A stretch of 14,368 bases of DNA, taken from the IMG/VR virus record IMGVR_UViG_2541047946_000011; one strand, given 5' to 3'. Under the pieces are notes generated by a model. That model saw only the letters and a program-made list of their open reading frames with translations, was not told the origin of the DNA and ran no database searches. The translations under genes were made by a program, and so were the position numbers. How positions within the stretch are numbered: position 1 is the first letter of the stretch; every line of letters begins with the position of its first letter. This DNA comes from a virus. Taxonomy: Duplodnaviria > Heunggongvirae > Uroviricota > Caudoviricetes. Shown piece by piece: positions 1 through 8,667 of this stretch.

Positions 1-1074
1 CCGGGCCATGATTATTATTTTTACGTTCGCAGTGTGAACACCGTTGGCAAATCGGCATTCGTGGAGGCCGTCGGTCGGGCGAGCGATGATGCGGAAGGTT
101 ACCTGGATTTTTTCAAAGGCCAGATAACCGAATCCCATCTCGGCAAGGAGCTGCTGGAAAAAGTCGAGCTGACGGAGGATAACGCCAGCAAACTGGAGGA
201 GTTTTCGAAAGAGTGGAAGGACGCCAACGATAAATGGAATGCCATGTGGGGCGTCAAAATTGAGCAGACCAAAGACGGCAAACATTATGTCGCGGGGCTT
301 GGCCTCAGCATGGAGGATACGGAGGAAGGCAAACTGAGCCAGTTCCTGGTTGCCGCTAACCGTATCGCGTTTATTGACCCGGCAAACGGGAATGAAACGC
401 CGATGTTTGTGGCGCAGGGCAACCAGATATTCATGAACGAAGTGTTCCTGAAGTATCTGACGGCTCCCACCATTACCAGTGGCGGTAATCCTCCGGCATT
501 TTCCCTGACACCGGACGGGCGGCTGACGGCGAGAAATGCTGATATCAGCGGTAACGTGAATGCGAACTCCGGGACGCTCAATAATGTCACGGTAAATGAA
601 AACTGTACGATTAAGGGCATGCTGGAGGCGAACCAGGTCAGAGGTGACTTCGTTAAAACTGTATCCAAATCATTCCCGAAAAAGGCTGGTACGTGGGGTA
701 ACACGGAAACACCAAACGGGACGGTTACAGTCACCATTTACGATGATCATAACTTTGACCGCCAAATCATTATTCCGCCCATTATTTTTAACGGTGTGGC
801 GTATGACGATCCGGGGAGCGGTAATAACCCGGGAGGTACGCGATACACGGGTTATGGTTTTGAAGTTCGCAAAAATGGCGTATTAATCGCATCCAGAGAA
901 ACTAAAGGAGCCATTCCCGGTAGTTACAGTGCGGTTATTGATATGCCGAGTGGTGGTGGTAACGTCACTCTGGAGTTTAAGATTTTCCAGAAAGGCAATC
1001 AGGGCGCAGGTAACATCACAGACTGTACGGTGATTGTGACCAAAAAAGCTGCTTCCGGTATCAGTATCCGTTGA
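1..1074 (+). CDS. J: Tail tip host-specificity protein J, C-terminal portion (5' end lies outside the window)
   Basis: Frame 1 is open from base 1 ([25 protein letters not shown]...) to TGA at 1072-1074; the ATG at 34 is internal. The translation matches lambda J C-terminal region as I remember it ([48 protein letters not shown]...), with the last ~130 aa (receptor-binding part) diverging from lambda. Confidence 0.85.
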   Translation, partial: PGHDYYFYVRSVNTVGKSAFVEAVGRASDDAEGYLDFFKGQITESHLGKELLEKVELTEDNASKLEEFSKEWKDANDKWNAMWGVKIEQTKDGKHYVAGLGLSMEDTEEGKLSQFLVAANRIAFIDPANGNETPMFVAQGNQIFMNEVFLKYLTAPTITSGGNPPAFSLTPDGRLTARNADISGNVNANSGTLNNVTVNENCTIKGMLEANQVRGDFVKTVSKSFPKKAGTWGNTETPNGTVTVTIYDDHNFDRQIIIPPIIFNGVAYDDPGSGNNPGGTRYTGYGFEVRKNGVLIASRETKGAIPGSYSAVIDMPSGGGNVTLEFKIFQKGNQGAGNITDCTVIVTKKAASGISIR

Positions 1075-1095
1075 AATATTTATAACCCCAATACG

Positions 1096-1119
1096 GGCGC
1101 CAGCAATGGCGCCTTTTTT
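1096..1119 (+). terminator. Hairpin plus T-run between J and stf (putative intrinsic terminator)
   Basis: GGCGCC (1096-1101), loop AGCAAT, GGCGCC (1108-1113), followed by TTTTTT (1114-1119). Sits where lom is found in lambda. Confidence 0.5.
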
Positions 1120-1134
1120 ATTTGTGGAGTGAGT

Positions 1135-3489
1135 ATGGCAGTACAGATTTCAGGTGTGCTGAAAGATGGTGCGGGAAAACCAATACAGAACTGCACTATT
1201 CAACTGAAGGCAAAGCGTAACAGCACCACGGTACTGGTGAACACGGTGGCCTCTGAAAATCCGGATGAAGCCGGGCGTTACAGCATGGATGTTGAGTATG
1301 GCCAGTACAACGTCACCCTGCTGGTTGAAGGTTTTCCGCCTTCACATGCCGGGACCATCACCGTGTATGAAGATTCTAAGCCGGGGACGCTGAATGATTT
1401 TCTCGGTGCCATGACGGAAGAGGATGTCATGCCGGAGGCATTACGCCGTTTTGAGGCTATGGTGGAAGAAGCAGCACGTAACGCTGAAGCTGCCTCTCAG
1501 AGCGCAGCGGCGGCAAAGAAATCCGAAACTGCAGCGGCATCATCGAAGAACGCGGCGAAAACCTCAGAAACGAATGCAGCTAACAGCGCACAGGCGGCAG
1601 CGGCCTCGCAGACTGCATCGGCAAATTCCGCGACAGCAGCTAAAAAATCAGAAACCAACGCGAAAAACAGCGAGACAGCAGCAAAGACGAGCGAAACCAA
1701 CGCAAAGTCCAGCCAGACGGCAGCGAAAACCAGCGAAACGAATGCTAAAGCCAGTGAAACTGCGGCAAAAAACAGCCAGGCTGCAGCAGCTGAAAGCGAG
1801 AGCGCAGCAGCCGGTTCTGCGACTTCAGCAGCTGGATCAGCAACTGCTGCGGCTAACAGCCAGAAAGCTGCGAAGACGAGTGAAACTAACGCAAAGTCCA
1901 GCCAGACGGCAGCGAAGACCAGCGAAACGAATGCCAAAGCCAGCGAAACTGCGGCAAAAAACAGTCAGGATGCAGCGGCCCAAAGCGAGAGTGCCGCAGC
2001 TGGTTCTGCAAGTGCGGCAGCTAATAGCCAAAAAGCTGCAAAAACCAGTGAAACTAACGCAAAGACGAGTGAAACAAAAGCAGCAGCCAGCGAGATAGAA
2101 GCAACGTCAGCCGCAACAAGAGCAGAGAATGCAGCCCGGATTGCAGAAGATGCCGCTGATCCTGCTTCAGTCCCTCCGCTTCCTGATATCTGGCTACCCT
2201 TGAATGATTCTCTGGAAGCGATAACAGGGTATGCCCCGGGCTATAAAACAATAACCATCGGCAGTGATGAAATAACAATGCCTGTTAATGGCATATGCCA
2301 ATTTAGCCGCGCTTCATCAGCAACGTATATTGATAAGTCCGGGCATATTACCGTGGCAGGGAATAACGTTCCTCGTTTTGAAAAATATGGTTTGCTGATA
2401 GAGAATCAGCGAACAAACATGTTCGTAAATAGTTTTAATCCTGATGCGTGGAATAAAAGCGGTGGTATATCTGTAACATCATCAACAGATGAATTTGAGT
2501 TTAAATATGGACGTTTCACAGTAGGAAGTGAGATAGCAGGAACGACAACAGGGAGAAATATATGCACAGTTGCTGGTAATAAAGGCATAGATGTGACTGG
2601 CGATGATCAGTACAGTAAAGGTCCGTATGTTACCGCGTCGTTCAGGGTAAGAAGTGATCTCAATGTTCGCGCACGTATCCGTTTTGAACGGTATAACTCG
2701 GAAGGATACACTTTCCTTTGTGACGCCTATTTGTCATTACAGACTCATGAACTACAAATTACGGGTGGTAATGCCCAGCTATTAACAGCAAACTTTGAAA
2801 TCGACCCTGGTAGTGGATGGATATATTTTCAGGCAACACTGAAATGTCTGCCAGAATGGGGAATGGTTGGTACGCAGCTGCAAATTGCAGCCGACAGAGC
2901 AGTGGGGGCTTTTGCAACAGGTGACTGGATAGAAGTAACCACCCCGCAATTCGAGTATGGTGCTTGTGCAACTTCCTTTATCATAACGACAACAGAGCCA
3001 GCGACTCGTGCATCAGATTTATGTAAATTTCCGCTGATGAAAAATATGTATACCATGCCTTTTACGTTCATGGTGGAAGTCCATAAAAACTGGTTTATTT
3101 CTCATAATGCTGCACCGCGTGTCATTGATTCAGAAAATCACCAGTCCGGAGGCCCATTTATTATGGGGTTTGGTTCTTCTGGAACTATCAGTCAGGATGG
3201 TTATTCGTATTGCGATATAGGCGGGGCTAACCGGCGTGTATATGAGTCATGCGGAGTAAGAGATCTCGTTATGGGATTCAGGGTTAAGGCTGACGGCATG
3301 ACATGCTCATTTGCAAATAAGAATATAAGCACTGAAACCAAAACAGTATGGAAATATATTCGTGAAGCAGCCGTGATTCGTATCGGGGGGCAAACGACGA
3401 CAGGATTACGACACCTTAATGGTCATATAAAAAACCTCCGTTTCTGGAACAGAGCATTGTCAGATACGCAGCTTAAGGAATACGTATAA
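1135..3489 (+). CDS. stf: Side tail fiber protein (lambda Stf-like N-terminus, Ala/Ser/Thr-rich repeat shaft, divergent C-terminal receptor-binding region with LamG-like C-terminal motif)
   Basis: ATG at 1135 preceded by GGAG (1126-1129); the track ORF starts at an upstream GTG at 1129. N-terminus MAVQISGVLKDGAGKPIQNCTIQLKAKRNSTTVLVNTV...GRYSMDVEYGQY...FPPSHAGTITVYEDS closely resembles lambda Stf. C-terminal end ...HLNGHIKNLRFWNRALSDTQLKEYV resembles the C-terminal motif of concanavalin/LamG-like jelly-roll domains. Stop TAA at 3487-3489. Confidence 0.85.
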   Translation: MAVQISGVLKDGAGKPIQNCTIQLKAKRNSTTVLVNTVASENPDEAGRYSMDVEYGQYNVTLLVEGFPPSHAGTITVYEDSKPGTLNDFLGAMTEEDVMPEALRRFEAMVEEAARNAEAASQSAAAAKKSETAAASSKNAAKTSETNAANSAQAAAASQTASANSATAAKKSETNAKNSETAAKTSETNAKSSQTAAKTSETNAKASETAAKNSQAAAAESESAAAGSATSAAGSATAAANSQKAAKTSETNAKSSQTAAKTSETNAKASETAAKNSQDAAAQSESAAAGSASAAANSQKAAKTSETNAKTSETKAAASEIEATSAATRAENAARIAEDAADPASVPPLPDIWLPLNDSLEAITGYAPGYKTITIGSDEITMPVNGICQFSRASSATYIDKSGHITVAGNNVPRFEKYGLLIENQRTNMFVNSFNPDAWNKSGGISVTSSTDEFEFKYGRFTVGSEIAGTTTGRNICTVAGNKGIDVTGDDQYSKGPYVTASFRVRSDLNVRARIRFERYNSEGYTFLCDAYLSLQTHELQITGGNAQLLTANFEIDPGSGWIYFQATLKCLPEWGMVGTQLQIAADRAVGAFATGDWIEVTTPQFEYGACATSFIITTTEPATRASDLCKFPLMKNMYTMPFTFMVEVHKNWFISHNAAPRVIDSENHQSGGPFIMGFGSSGTISQDGYSYCDIGGANRRVYESCGVRDLVMGFRVKADGMTCSFANKNISTETKTVWKYIREAAVIRIGGQTTTGLRHLNGHIKNLRFWNRALSDTQLKEYV
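1500..2100 (+). repeat. In-frame tandem repeats inside stf (about 189-bp / 63-aa period; AAKTSETNAKSSQTAAKTSETNAKASETAAKNSQ units)
   Basis: A near-identical DNA unit starts at 1681 and again at 1870 (gcaaagacgagcgaaaccaacgcaaagtccagccagacggcagcgaa vs gcgaagacgagtgaaactaacgcaaagtccagccagacggcagcgaa). Shorter degenerate AAKxSETNA repeats flank them. This low-complexity DNA also produces long spurious ORFs in other frames. Confidence 0.75.
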
Positions 3490-3758
3490 TGCGGGATATA
3501 ACATTACGATTCGATAACAGAGAACAGTTTAACGCAATTGTATATGACAGTGGCCTGTTCAGTCTTGAAGAAGAAAATGGGGTTCTTGTTGATGTTATTG
3601 GCTGCATTATTGATTACGAGGAGCCAGAAAACGAAAGATGTACAGGCATTGATCGCGGTGGTTTTTTCGTAAACATGAGGATTGTTGATGGCAGTAAAAA
3701 CATATCTTCTTTAATGCCTTTCATTACGACAGATCAGCATGTAAGGACATGGGCTTAA
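3489..3758 (+). CDS. Hypothetical 89-aa protein, translationally coupled to stf (possible tail fiber accessory or chaperone; not lambda Tfa-like)
   Basis: Its ATG (3489-3491) overlaps the stf stop in a TAATG arrangement. AT-rich like the stf 3' half. No recognisable motif. Occupies the position where lambda has tfa. Confidence 0.5.
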   Translation: MRDITLRFDNREQFNAIVYDSGLFSLEEENGVLVDVIGCIIDYEEPENERCTGIDRGGFFVNMRIVDGSKNISSLMPFITTDQHVRTWA

Positions 3759-4441
3759 TGGAGTAAGACAATGGTTACAAAAACAGTAATTCCTGATGAC
3801 ATCAAAACGCTAAAATCCGATGTTAGTAAACTAAAAACTGATCAAGGAAGCTATGCAACAAAATCATATGTAGACAATAAAACAACATGGAATAGTTATT
3901 GCAATGTAATCTATGATCAAAAGGCATTGCCGACCACTGGAACTATATTTAGCGGTAAGATTCACTTGTCAAATAAGACTGGTGAAACGGAAAACGCTTA
4001 TAGTGATATATATACCAGAAAAAATATTGATGGTACTAAAGATACAATGACGAGGATCGTCACACATAACGGGACAAAAGGTATCTTTTGGGACTTTAGT
4101 GATCTTTACGGAGGAACTTTAATTTTCCCTGGCACTGCTGGTTATTTGAAAATGGGTAAATGCCTCATGTCCTATGGGGATCGTGTAGATAATGCCCTGA
4201 TTAAATTTGATTATACAGACACACTACAGATCAAATATGCTAATCATGGTTCGACCATGACACTAAACACACAGGGAACCGCTCACGCTGGCGTTACTGC
4301 TAAATTGTGGGGCAATTCTAGCCGTCCGGTTGTTTATGAAGTTGGTGTAGATGGTGGGGCTTTTATATTCTTCGGTCAAAAACAAACAGATGACACATAT
4401 GCATTTGCTGTTAATGGTGCATGTCAAGCGACCGCATTTAA

Positions 4442-4446
4442 CCAGA
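4442..4446. repeat. IS2 target-site duplication, left copy (CCAGA)
   Basis: CCAGA lies immediately left of the IS2 left end and is repeated at 5778-5782 immediately right of the IS2 right end. Confidence 0.8.
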
Positions 4447-4537
4447 TAGACTGGCCCCCTGAATCACCAGACAACCAATATCACTTATTTAAGTGATAGT
4501 CTTAATACTAGTTTTTAGGCTAGTCATTGGAGAGCAG

Positions 4538-4903
4538 ATGATTGATGTCTTAGGACCGGAGAAACGCAGACGGCGTACCACACAGGAAAAGATCGCAATT
4601 GTTCAGCAGAGCTTTGAACCAGGGATGACGGTCTCCCTCGTTGCCCGGCAACATGGTGTAGCAGCCAGCCAGTTATTTCTCTGGCGTAAGCAATACCAGG
4701 AAGGAAGTCTTACTGCTGTCGCCGCCGGAGAACAGGTTGTTCCTGCCTCTGAACTTGCTGCCGCCATGAAGCAGATTAAAGAACTCCAGCGCCTGCTCGG
4801 CAAGAAAACGATGGAAAATGAACTCCTCAAAGAAGCCGTTGAATATGGACGGGCAAAAAAGTGGATAGCGCACGCGCCCTTATTGCCCGGGGATGGGGAG
4901 TAA
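4538..4903 (+). CDS. insC: IS2 transposase OrfA (InsC)
   Basis: [56 protein letters not shown]... is recognisably IS2 InsC. ATG at 4538 with GGAG at 4529-4532. The track ORF from 4493 includes IS-end sequence upstream of the real start. Confidence 0.9.
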
Positions 4904-5766
4904 GCTTAGTCAGCCGTTGTCTCCGGGTGTCGCGTGCGCAGTTGCACGTCATTCTCAGACGAACCGATGACTGGATGGATGGCCGCCGCAGTCGTCACAC
5001 TGATGATACGGATGTGCTTCTCCGTATACACCATGTTATCGGAGAGCTGCCCACGTATGGTTATCGTCGGGTATGGGCGCTGCTTCGCAGACAGGCAGAA
5101 CTTGATGGTATGCCTGCGATCAATGCCAAACGTGTTTACCGGATCATGCGCCAGAATGCGCTGTTGCTTGAGCGAAAACCTGCTGTACCGCCATCGAAAC
5201 GGGCACATACAGGCAGAGTGGCTGTGAAAGAAAGTAATCAGCGATGGTGCTCTGACGGGTTCGAGTTCCGCTGTGATAACGGAGAAAAACTGCGAGTCAC
5301 GTTCGCGCTGGACTGCTGTGACCGTGAGGCACTGCACTGGGCGGTCACTACGGGCGGCTTCAACAGTGAAACAGTACAGGACGTCATGCTGGGAGCGGTG
5401 GAACGCCGCTTCGGCAACGAGCTTCCGGCGTCTCCAGTAGAGTGGCTGACGGATAATGGTTCATGCTACCGGGCTAATGAAACACGGCAGTTTGCCCGGA
5501 TGTTGGGGCTTGAACCGAAGAGCACGGCGGTGCGGAGTCCGGAGAGTAACGGCATAGCAGAGAGCTTCGTGAAAACGATAAAGCGTGACTACATCAGTGT
5601 CATGCCCAAACCAGACGGGTTAACGGCAGCAAAGAACCTTGCAGAGGCGTTCGAGCATTATAACGAATGGCATCCGCATAGTGCACTGGGTTATCGCTCG
5701 CCACGGGAATATCTACGGCAGCAAGCCAGTAATGGGTTAAGTGATAACAGGTGTCTGGAAATATAG
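4861..5766 (+). CDS. insD: IS2 transposase OrfB (InsD; DDE integrase domain, normally made as an InsCD fusion by -1 frameshift)
   Basis: [77 protein letters not shown]... is recognisably IS2 InsD. It overlaps insC in the -1 frame; slippery AAAAAAG lies at about 4854-4860. Confidence 0.9.
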
Positions 5767-5777
5767 GGGCAAATCCA

Positions 5778-5782
5778 CCAGA
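5778..5782. repeat. IS2 target-site duplication, right copy (CCAGA)
   Basis: Identical to 4442-4446. Confidence 0.8.
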
Positions 5783-6119
5783 CCTCTGACCGAGACCTGA
5801 AAGATAATATTCAGGTGATTGATAATGCAACCAATCGCATCCGTAAGATGAATGGTTATACATACACGCTTAAAGAAAACGGGATGCCTTACGCTGGTGT
5901 TATCGCACAGGAAGCCTTAGAAGCAATTCCAGAGTCCGTAGGCTCTACGATAAAATATAGGGACGGTGGTAGCGGATCTGAAGGCGAAGAAGGTGAACGG
6001 TATTACACTGTAGATTATTCTGGTGTTACTGGCTTGCTTGTTCAGGTAGCCAGAGAGTCAGACGACAGGATAACAGCACTGGAAGAAGAAAACGCAGAAT
6101 TAAGACAAAGATTATCTGC

Positions 6120-6127
6120 AATTGAGG
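6120..6127. repeat. IS66-family target-site duplication, left copy (AATTGAGG)
   Basis: The 8-bp AATTGAGG immediately precedes the GTAAGCGT terminus at 6128 and recurs at 8660-8667 after the opposite terminus. An 8-bp duplication is typical of the IS66 family. Confidence 0.75.
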
Positions 6128-6212
6128 GTAAGCGTAAACTGACCGCCGTATGTAGCCATCAGACGAGAATTGGTAACTTAGACGCCCATCTGATATAGAC
6201 GGACATCTAAGT

Positions 6213-6638
6213 ATGGAATTACAGGACTGGCGAAAAGAACCTCGTAAAAACTATTCGAATGAATTCAAACTTCGTATGGTGGAACTGGCATCACAACCTG
6301 GAGCTTGTGTTGCACAGATTGCACGTGAAAATGGCGTCAATGATAATGTTATTTTCAAATGGCTCAGGCTCTGGCAGAACGAAGGGCGTGTTTCGCGGCG
6401 TCTTCCGGTAACGACCTCTTCTGACACTGGCGTTGAATTATTACCTGTAGAAATAACGCCGGATGAGCAGAAAGAACCTGTGGCGGCCATTGCGCCGTCT
6501 TTATCCACTTCCACTCAGACCAGAGTCAGTGCCAGTTCCTGCAAGGTGGAATTCCGTCACGGTAACATGACGCTGGAAAATCCATCGCCAGAGCTGCTCA
6601 CAGTGTTGATCCGTGAACTGACCGGGAGGGGAAGATGA
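6213..6638 (+). CDS. tnpA: IS66-family accessory protein TnpA (orf1)
   Basis: MELQDWRKEPRKNYSNEFKLRMVELASQPGACVAQIARENGVNDNVIFKWLRLW... is typical IS66 orf1; its stop overlaps the tnpB start. Confidence 0.85.
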   Translation: MELQDWRKEPRKNYSNEFKLRMVELASQPGACVAQIARENGVNDNVIFKWLRLWQNEGRVSRRLPVTTSSDTGVELLPVEITPDEQKEPVAAIAPSLSTSTQTRVSASSCKVEFRHGNMTLENPSPELLTVLIRELTGRGR

Positions 6639-6985
6639 TCTCACTCCCATCAGGTACCCGTATCTGGCTCGTTGCCGGCGTTACCGATATGCGTAAATCC
6701 TTCAACGGACTGGGAGAACAGGTACAACATGTGCTGAATGATAATCCCTTCTCCGGTCACCTGTTTATCTTCCGTGGCCGACGGGGTGACACCGTCAAAA
6801 TTCTTTGGGCTGATGCTGATGGTCTGTGCCTGTTCACCAAACGCCTGGAGGAAGGCCAGTTTATCTGGCCTGCGGTACGTGACGGCAAGGTATCCATTAC
6901 CCGCTCGCAACTGGCAATGCTCCTCGATAAGCTGGACTGGCGTCAGCCAAAAACATCCAGCCGTAACTCACTGACAATGTTGTAA
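6635..6985 (+). CDS. tnpB: IS66-family accessory protein TnpB (orf2)
   Basis: MISLPSGTRIWLVAGVTDMRKSFNGLGEQVQHVLNDNPFSGHLFIFRGRRGDTVKILWADADGLCLFTKRLE... is the highly conserved IS66 orf2. Confidence 0.9.
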   Translation: MISLPSGTRIWLVAGVTDMRKSFNGLGEQVQHVLNDNPFSGHLFIFRGRRGDTVKILWADADGLCLFTKRLEEGQFIWPAVRDGKVSITRSQLAMLLDKLDWRQPKTSSRNSLTML

Positions 6986-7015
6986 AAAACTCCTGACCGC
7001 ATTATAAAAACGGTC

Positions 7016-8629
7016 ATGAGTCAGAAATACCTCATTCGCATCGCAGAGCTGGAAAGGTTGCTCTCTGAGCAGGCTGAAGCCCTCCGTCAGAAAGACCAGC
7101 AACTGAGTCTGGTTGAAGAGACGGAAGCCTTCCTGCGCTCTGCACTGACACGTGCCGAAGAAAAGATCGAAGAAGATGAACGGGAAATAGAACATCTGCG
7201 GGCTCAGATAGAAAAACTGCGCCGGATGCTGTTCGGTACCCGTTCTGAAAAACTGCGTCGTGAAGTTGAACTGGCTGAGGCTCTGCTGAAACAACGTGAA
7301 CAGGACAGCGATCGTTACAGTGGGCGGGAAGACGATCCTCAGGTTCCCCGCCAGTTGCGACAGTCGCGCCATCGTCGTCCGTTACCGGCACACCTTCCCC
7401 GTGAAATACACCGCCTGGAGCCAGAAGAAAGCTGTTGCCCGGAGTGTGGCGGTGAGCTGGATTATCTGGGGGAAGTCAGCGCTGAACAGCTGGAACTGGT
7501 GAGCAGTGCCCTGAAAGTGATCCGCACAGAACGGGTAAAAAAAGCCTGTACAAAATGTGACTGTATTGTTGAAGCACCGGCGCCGTCCCGCCCGATAGAG
7601 CGTGGTATCGCGGGCCCCGGATTACTTGCCCGCGTGTTAACGGGAAAATACTGCGAACATCTGCCACTGTATCGTCAGAGTGAAATCTTTGCCCGCCAGG
7701 GTGTCGAACTGAGCCGGGCCTTACTCTCCAACTGGGTTGACGCGTGCTGCCAGTTAATGACACCGGTGAATGATGCCCTGTACCGTTATGTAATGAACAC
7801 CCGCAAGGTTCACACTGATGACACACCGGTAAAGGTACTGGCACCGGGTCAGAAAAAGGCGAAAACAGGGCGTATCTGGACGTATGTCCGGGATGATCGC
7901 AATGTGGGTTCGTCATCTCCTCCAGCGGTCTGGTTCGCGTACTCGCCGAACCGGCAGGGGAAACACCCGGAGCAACACCTCCGCCCCTTCCGGGGTATCC
8001 TGCAGGCGGATGCGTTCACAGGTTACGACAGGTTGTTCAGTGCAGAACGTGAAGGTGGTGCACTGACAGAAGTTGCGTGCTGGGCCCATGCCCGGCGAAA
8101 AATCCACGATGTATACATCAGCAGCAAAAGTGCGACGGCAGAAGAAGCCCTGAAGCGAATCAGTGAACTGTACGCCATCGAGGATGAAATACGGGGATTA
8201 CCGGAGTCAGAGCGTCTTGCCGTCAGGCAGCAGCGAAGCAAAGTGTTACTGACGTCGCTGCATGAATGGATGGTGGAGAAGAATGGTACGCTGTCGAAAA
8301 AATCCAGACTGGGCGAAGCGTTCAGCTATGTACTGAATCAGTGGGATGCCCTCTGTTATTACAGTGATGACGGTCTGGCGGAGGCGGATAATAATGCTGC
8401 GGAAAGAGCGCTTCGTGCAGTCTGTCTCGGAAAGAAAAACTTTATGTTCTTTGGCAGCGATCACGGCGGCGAGCGTGGAGCACTGTTGTACGGGCTGATC
8501 GGCACCTGCCGTCTGAACGGTATCGATCCGGAAGCGTATCTGCGCCATATCCTGAGCGTACTGCCGGAATGGCCTTCCAACCGAGTTGACGAACTCCTGC
8601 CATGGAACGTAGTACTCACCAATAAATAA
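7016..8629 (+). CDS. tnpC: IS66-family transposase TnpC (orf3)
   Basis: 537 aa with an N-terminal coiled-coil/leucine-zipper region, a CxxC...CxxC zinc-finger-like motif (CPECGGE...CTKCDC) and a DDE-type core, as expected for IS66 transposases. Confidence 0.9.
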   Translation: MSQKYLIRIAELERLLSEQAEALRQKDQQLSLVEETEAFLRSALTRAEEKIEEDEREIEHLRAQIEKLRRMLFGTRSEKLRREVELAEALLKQREQDSDRYSGREDDPQVPRQLRQSRHRRPLPAHLPREIHRLEPEESCCPECGGELDYLGEVSAEQLELVSSALKVIRTERVKKACTKCDCIVEAPAPSRPIERGIAGPGLLARVLTGKYCEHLPLYRQSEIFARQGVELSRALLSNWVDACCQLMTPVNDALYRYVMNTRKVHTDDTPVKVLAPGQKKAKTGRIWTYVRDDRNVGSSSPPAVWFAYSPNRQGKHPEQHLRPFRGILQADAFTGYDRLFSAEREGGALTEVACWAHARRKIHDVYISSKSATAEEALKRISELYAIEDEIRGLPESERLAVRQQRSKVLLTSLHEWMVEKNGTLSKKSRLGEAFSYVLNQWDALCYYSDDGLAEADNNAAERALRAVCLGKKNFMFFGSDHGGERGALLYGLIGTCRLNGIDPEAYLRHILSVLPEWPSNRVDELLPWNVVLTNK

Positions 8630-8659
8630 GCGTCAATACGGTGCTCCGTTGACGCTTAC

Positions 8660-8667
8660 AATTGAGG
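8660..8667. repeat. IS66-family target-site duplication, right copy (AATTGAGG)
   Basis: Identical to 6120-6127. Confidence 0.75.

Larger units (their letters stand above)
4447..5777 (+). mobile_element. IS2 (IS3 family), complete copy, 1331 bp
   Basis: Left end TAGACTGGCCCCCTGAATC... at 4447 and right end ...CTGGAAATATAGGGGCAAATCCA ending at 5777 match the IS2 termini as I remember them. Contains insC and insD with an A6G slippery site; flanked by 5-bp direct repeats. Confidence 0.9.
6128..8659 (+). mobile_element. IS66-family insertion sequence (three-ORF organisation), about 2532 bp
   Basis: Termini GTAAGCGTAAACTGACCGCCGTATG... (left) and ...CGGTGCTCCGTTGACGCTTAC (right) form imperfect inverted repeats of about 27 bp (about 20 of 27 matching) starting GTAAGCG. 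Carries tnpA, tnpB and tnpC; flanked by 8-bp direct repeats. Confidence 0.85.

Noticed and set aside
34-1074. ATG at 34 as the start of an independent 346-aa gene
   Set aside because: The frame is open from base 1 and the upstream residues continue the J-like sequence. This is the 3' part of a larger gene cut by the window edge.
1129-1137. GTG at 1129 as the stf start (track ORF begins MSM...)
   Set aside because: The ATG at 1135 has GGAG at a proper distance and gives the lambda-Stf-like N-terminus MAVQISG; the GTG would overlap the RBS.
1424-2098. 224-aa plus-strand ORF (Arg/Gln/Lys-rich) and the overlapping minus-strand ORFs at 1497-1937 and 1837-2031
   Set aside because: They lie wholly inside the stf tandem-repeat region in alternative frames. 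Low-complexity repeat DNA makes long stop-free frames by chance, and the stf frame has clear homology and an RBS.
4493-4537. N-terminal extension of the insC ORF ([15 protein letters not shown]...)
   Set aside because: This stretch is IS2 left-end non-coding sequence; the known InsC start (MIDVLGPEK...) is the ATG at 4538 with its own RBS.
4906-5337. Minus-strand ORFs inside IS2 (143 aa) and inside the IS66 element (6968-7372, 7032-7391, 7476-7916, 8023-8241, 8246-8548)
   Set aside because: Antisense to well-supported transposase genes, with no independent support; GC-rich antisense frames are commonly open by chance.
5815-6198. 127-aa ORF as an independent gene starting at GTG 5815
   Set aside because: It is the in-frame middle segment of the tail-fiber gene interrupted by IS2 upstream and running into the IS66 end downstream; its C-terminal residues after 6127 are IS-derived.
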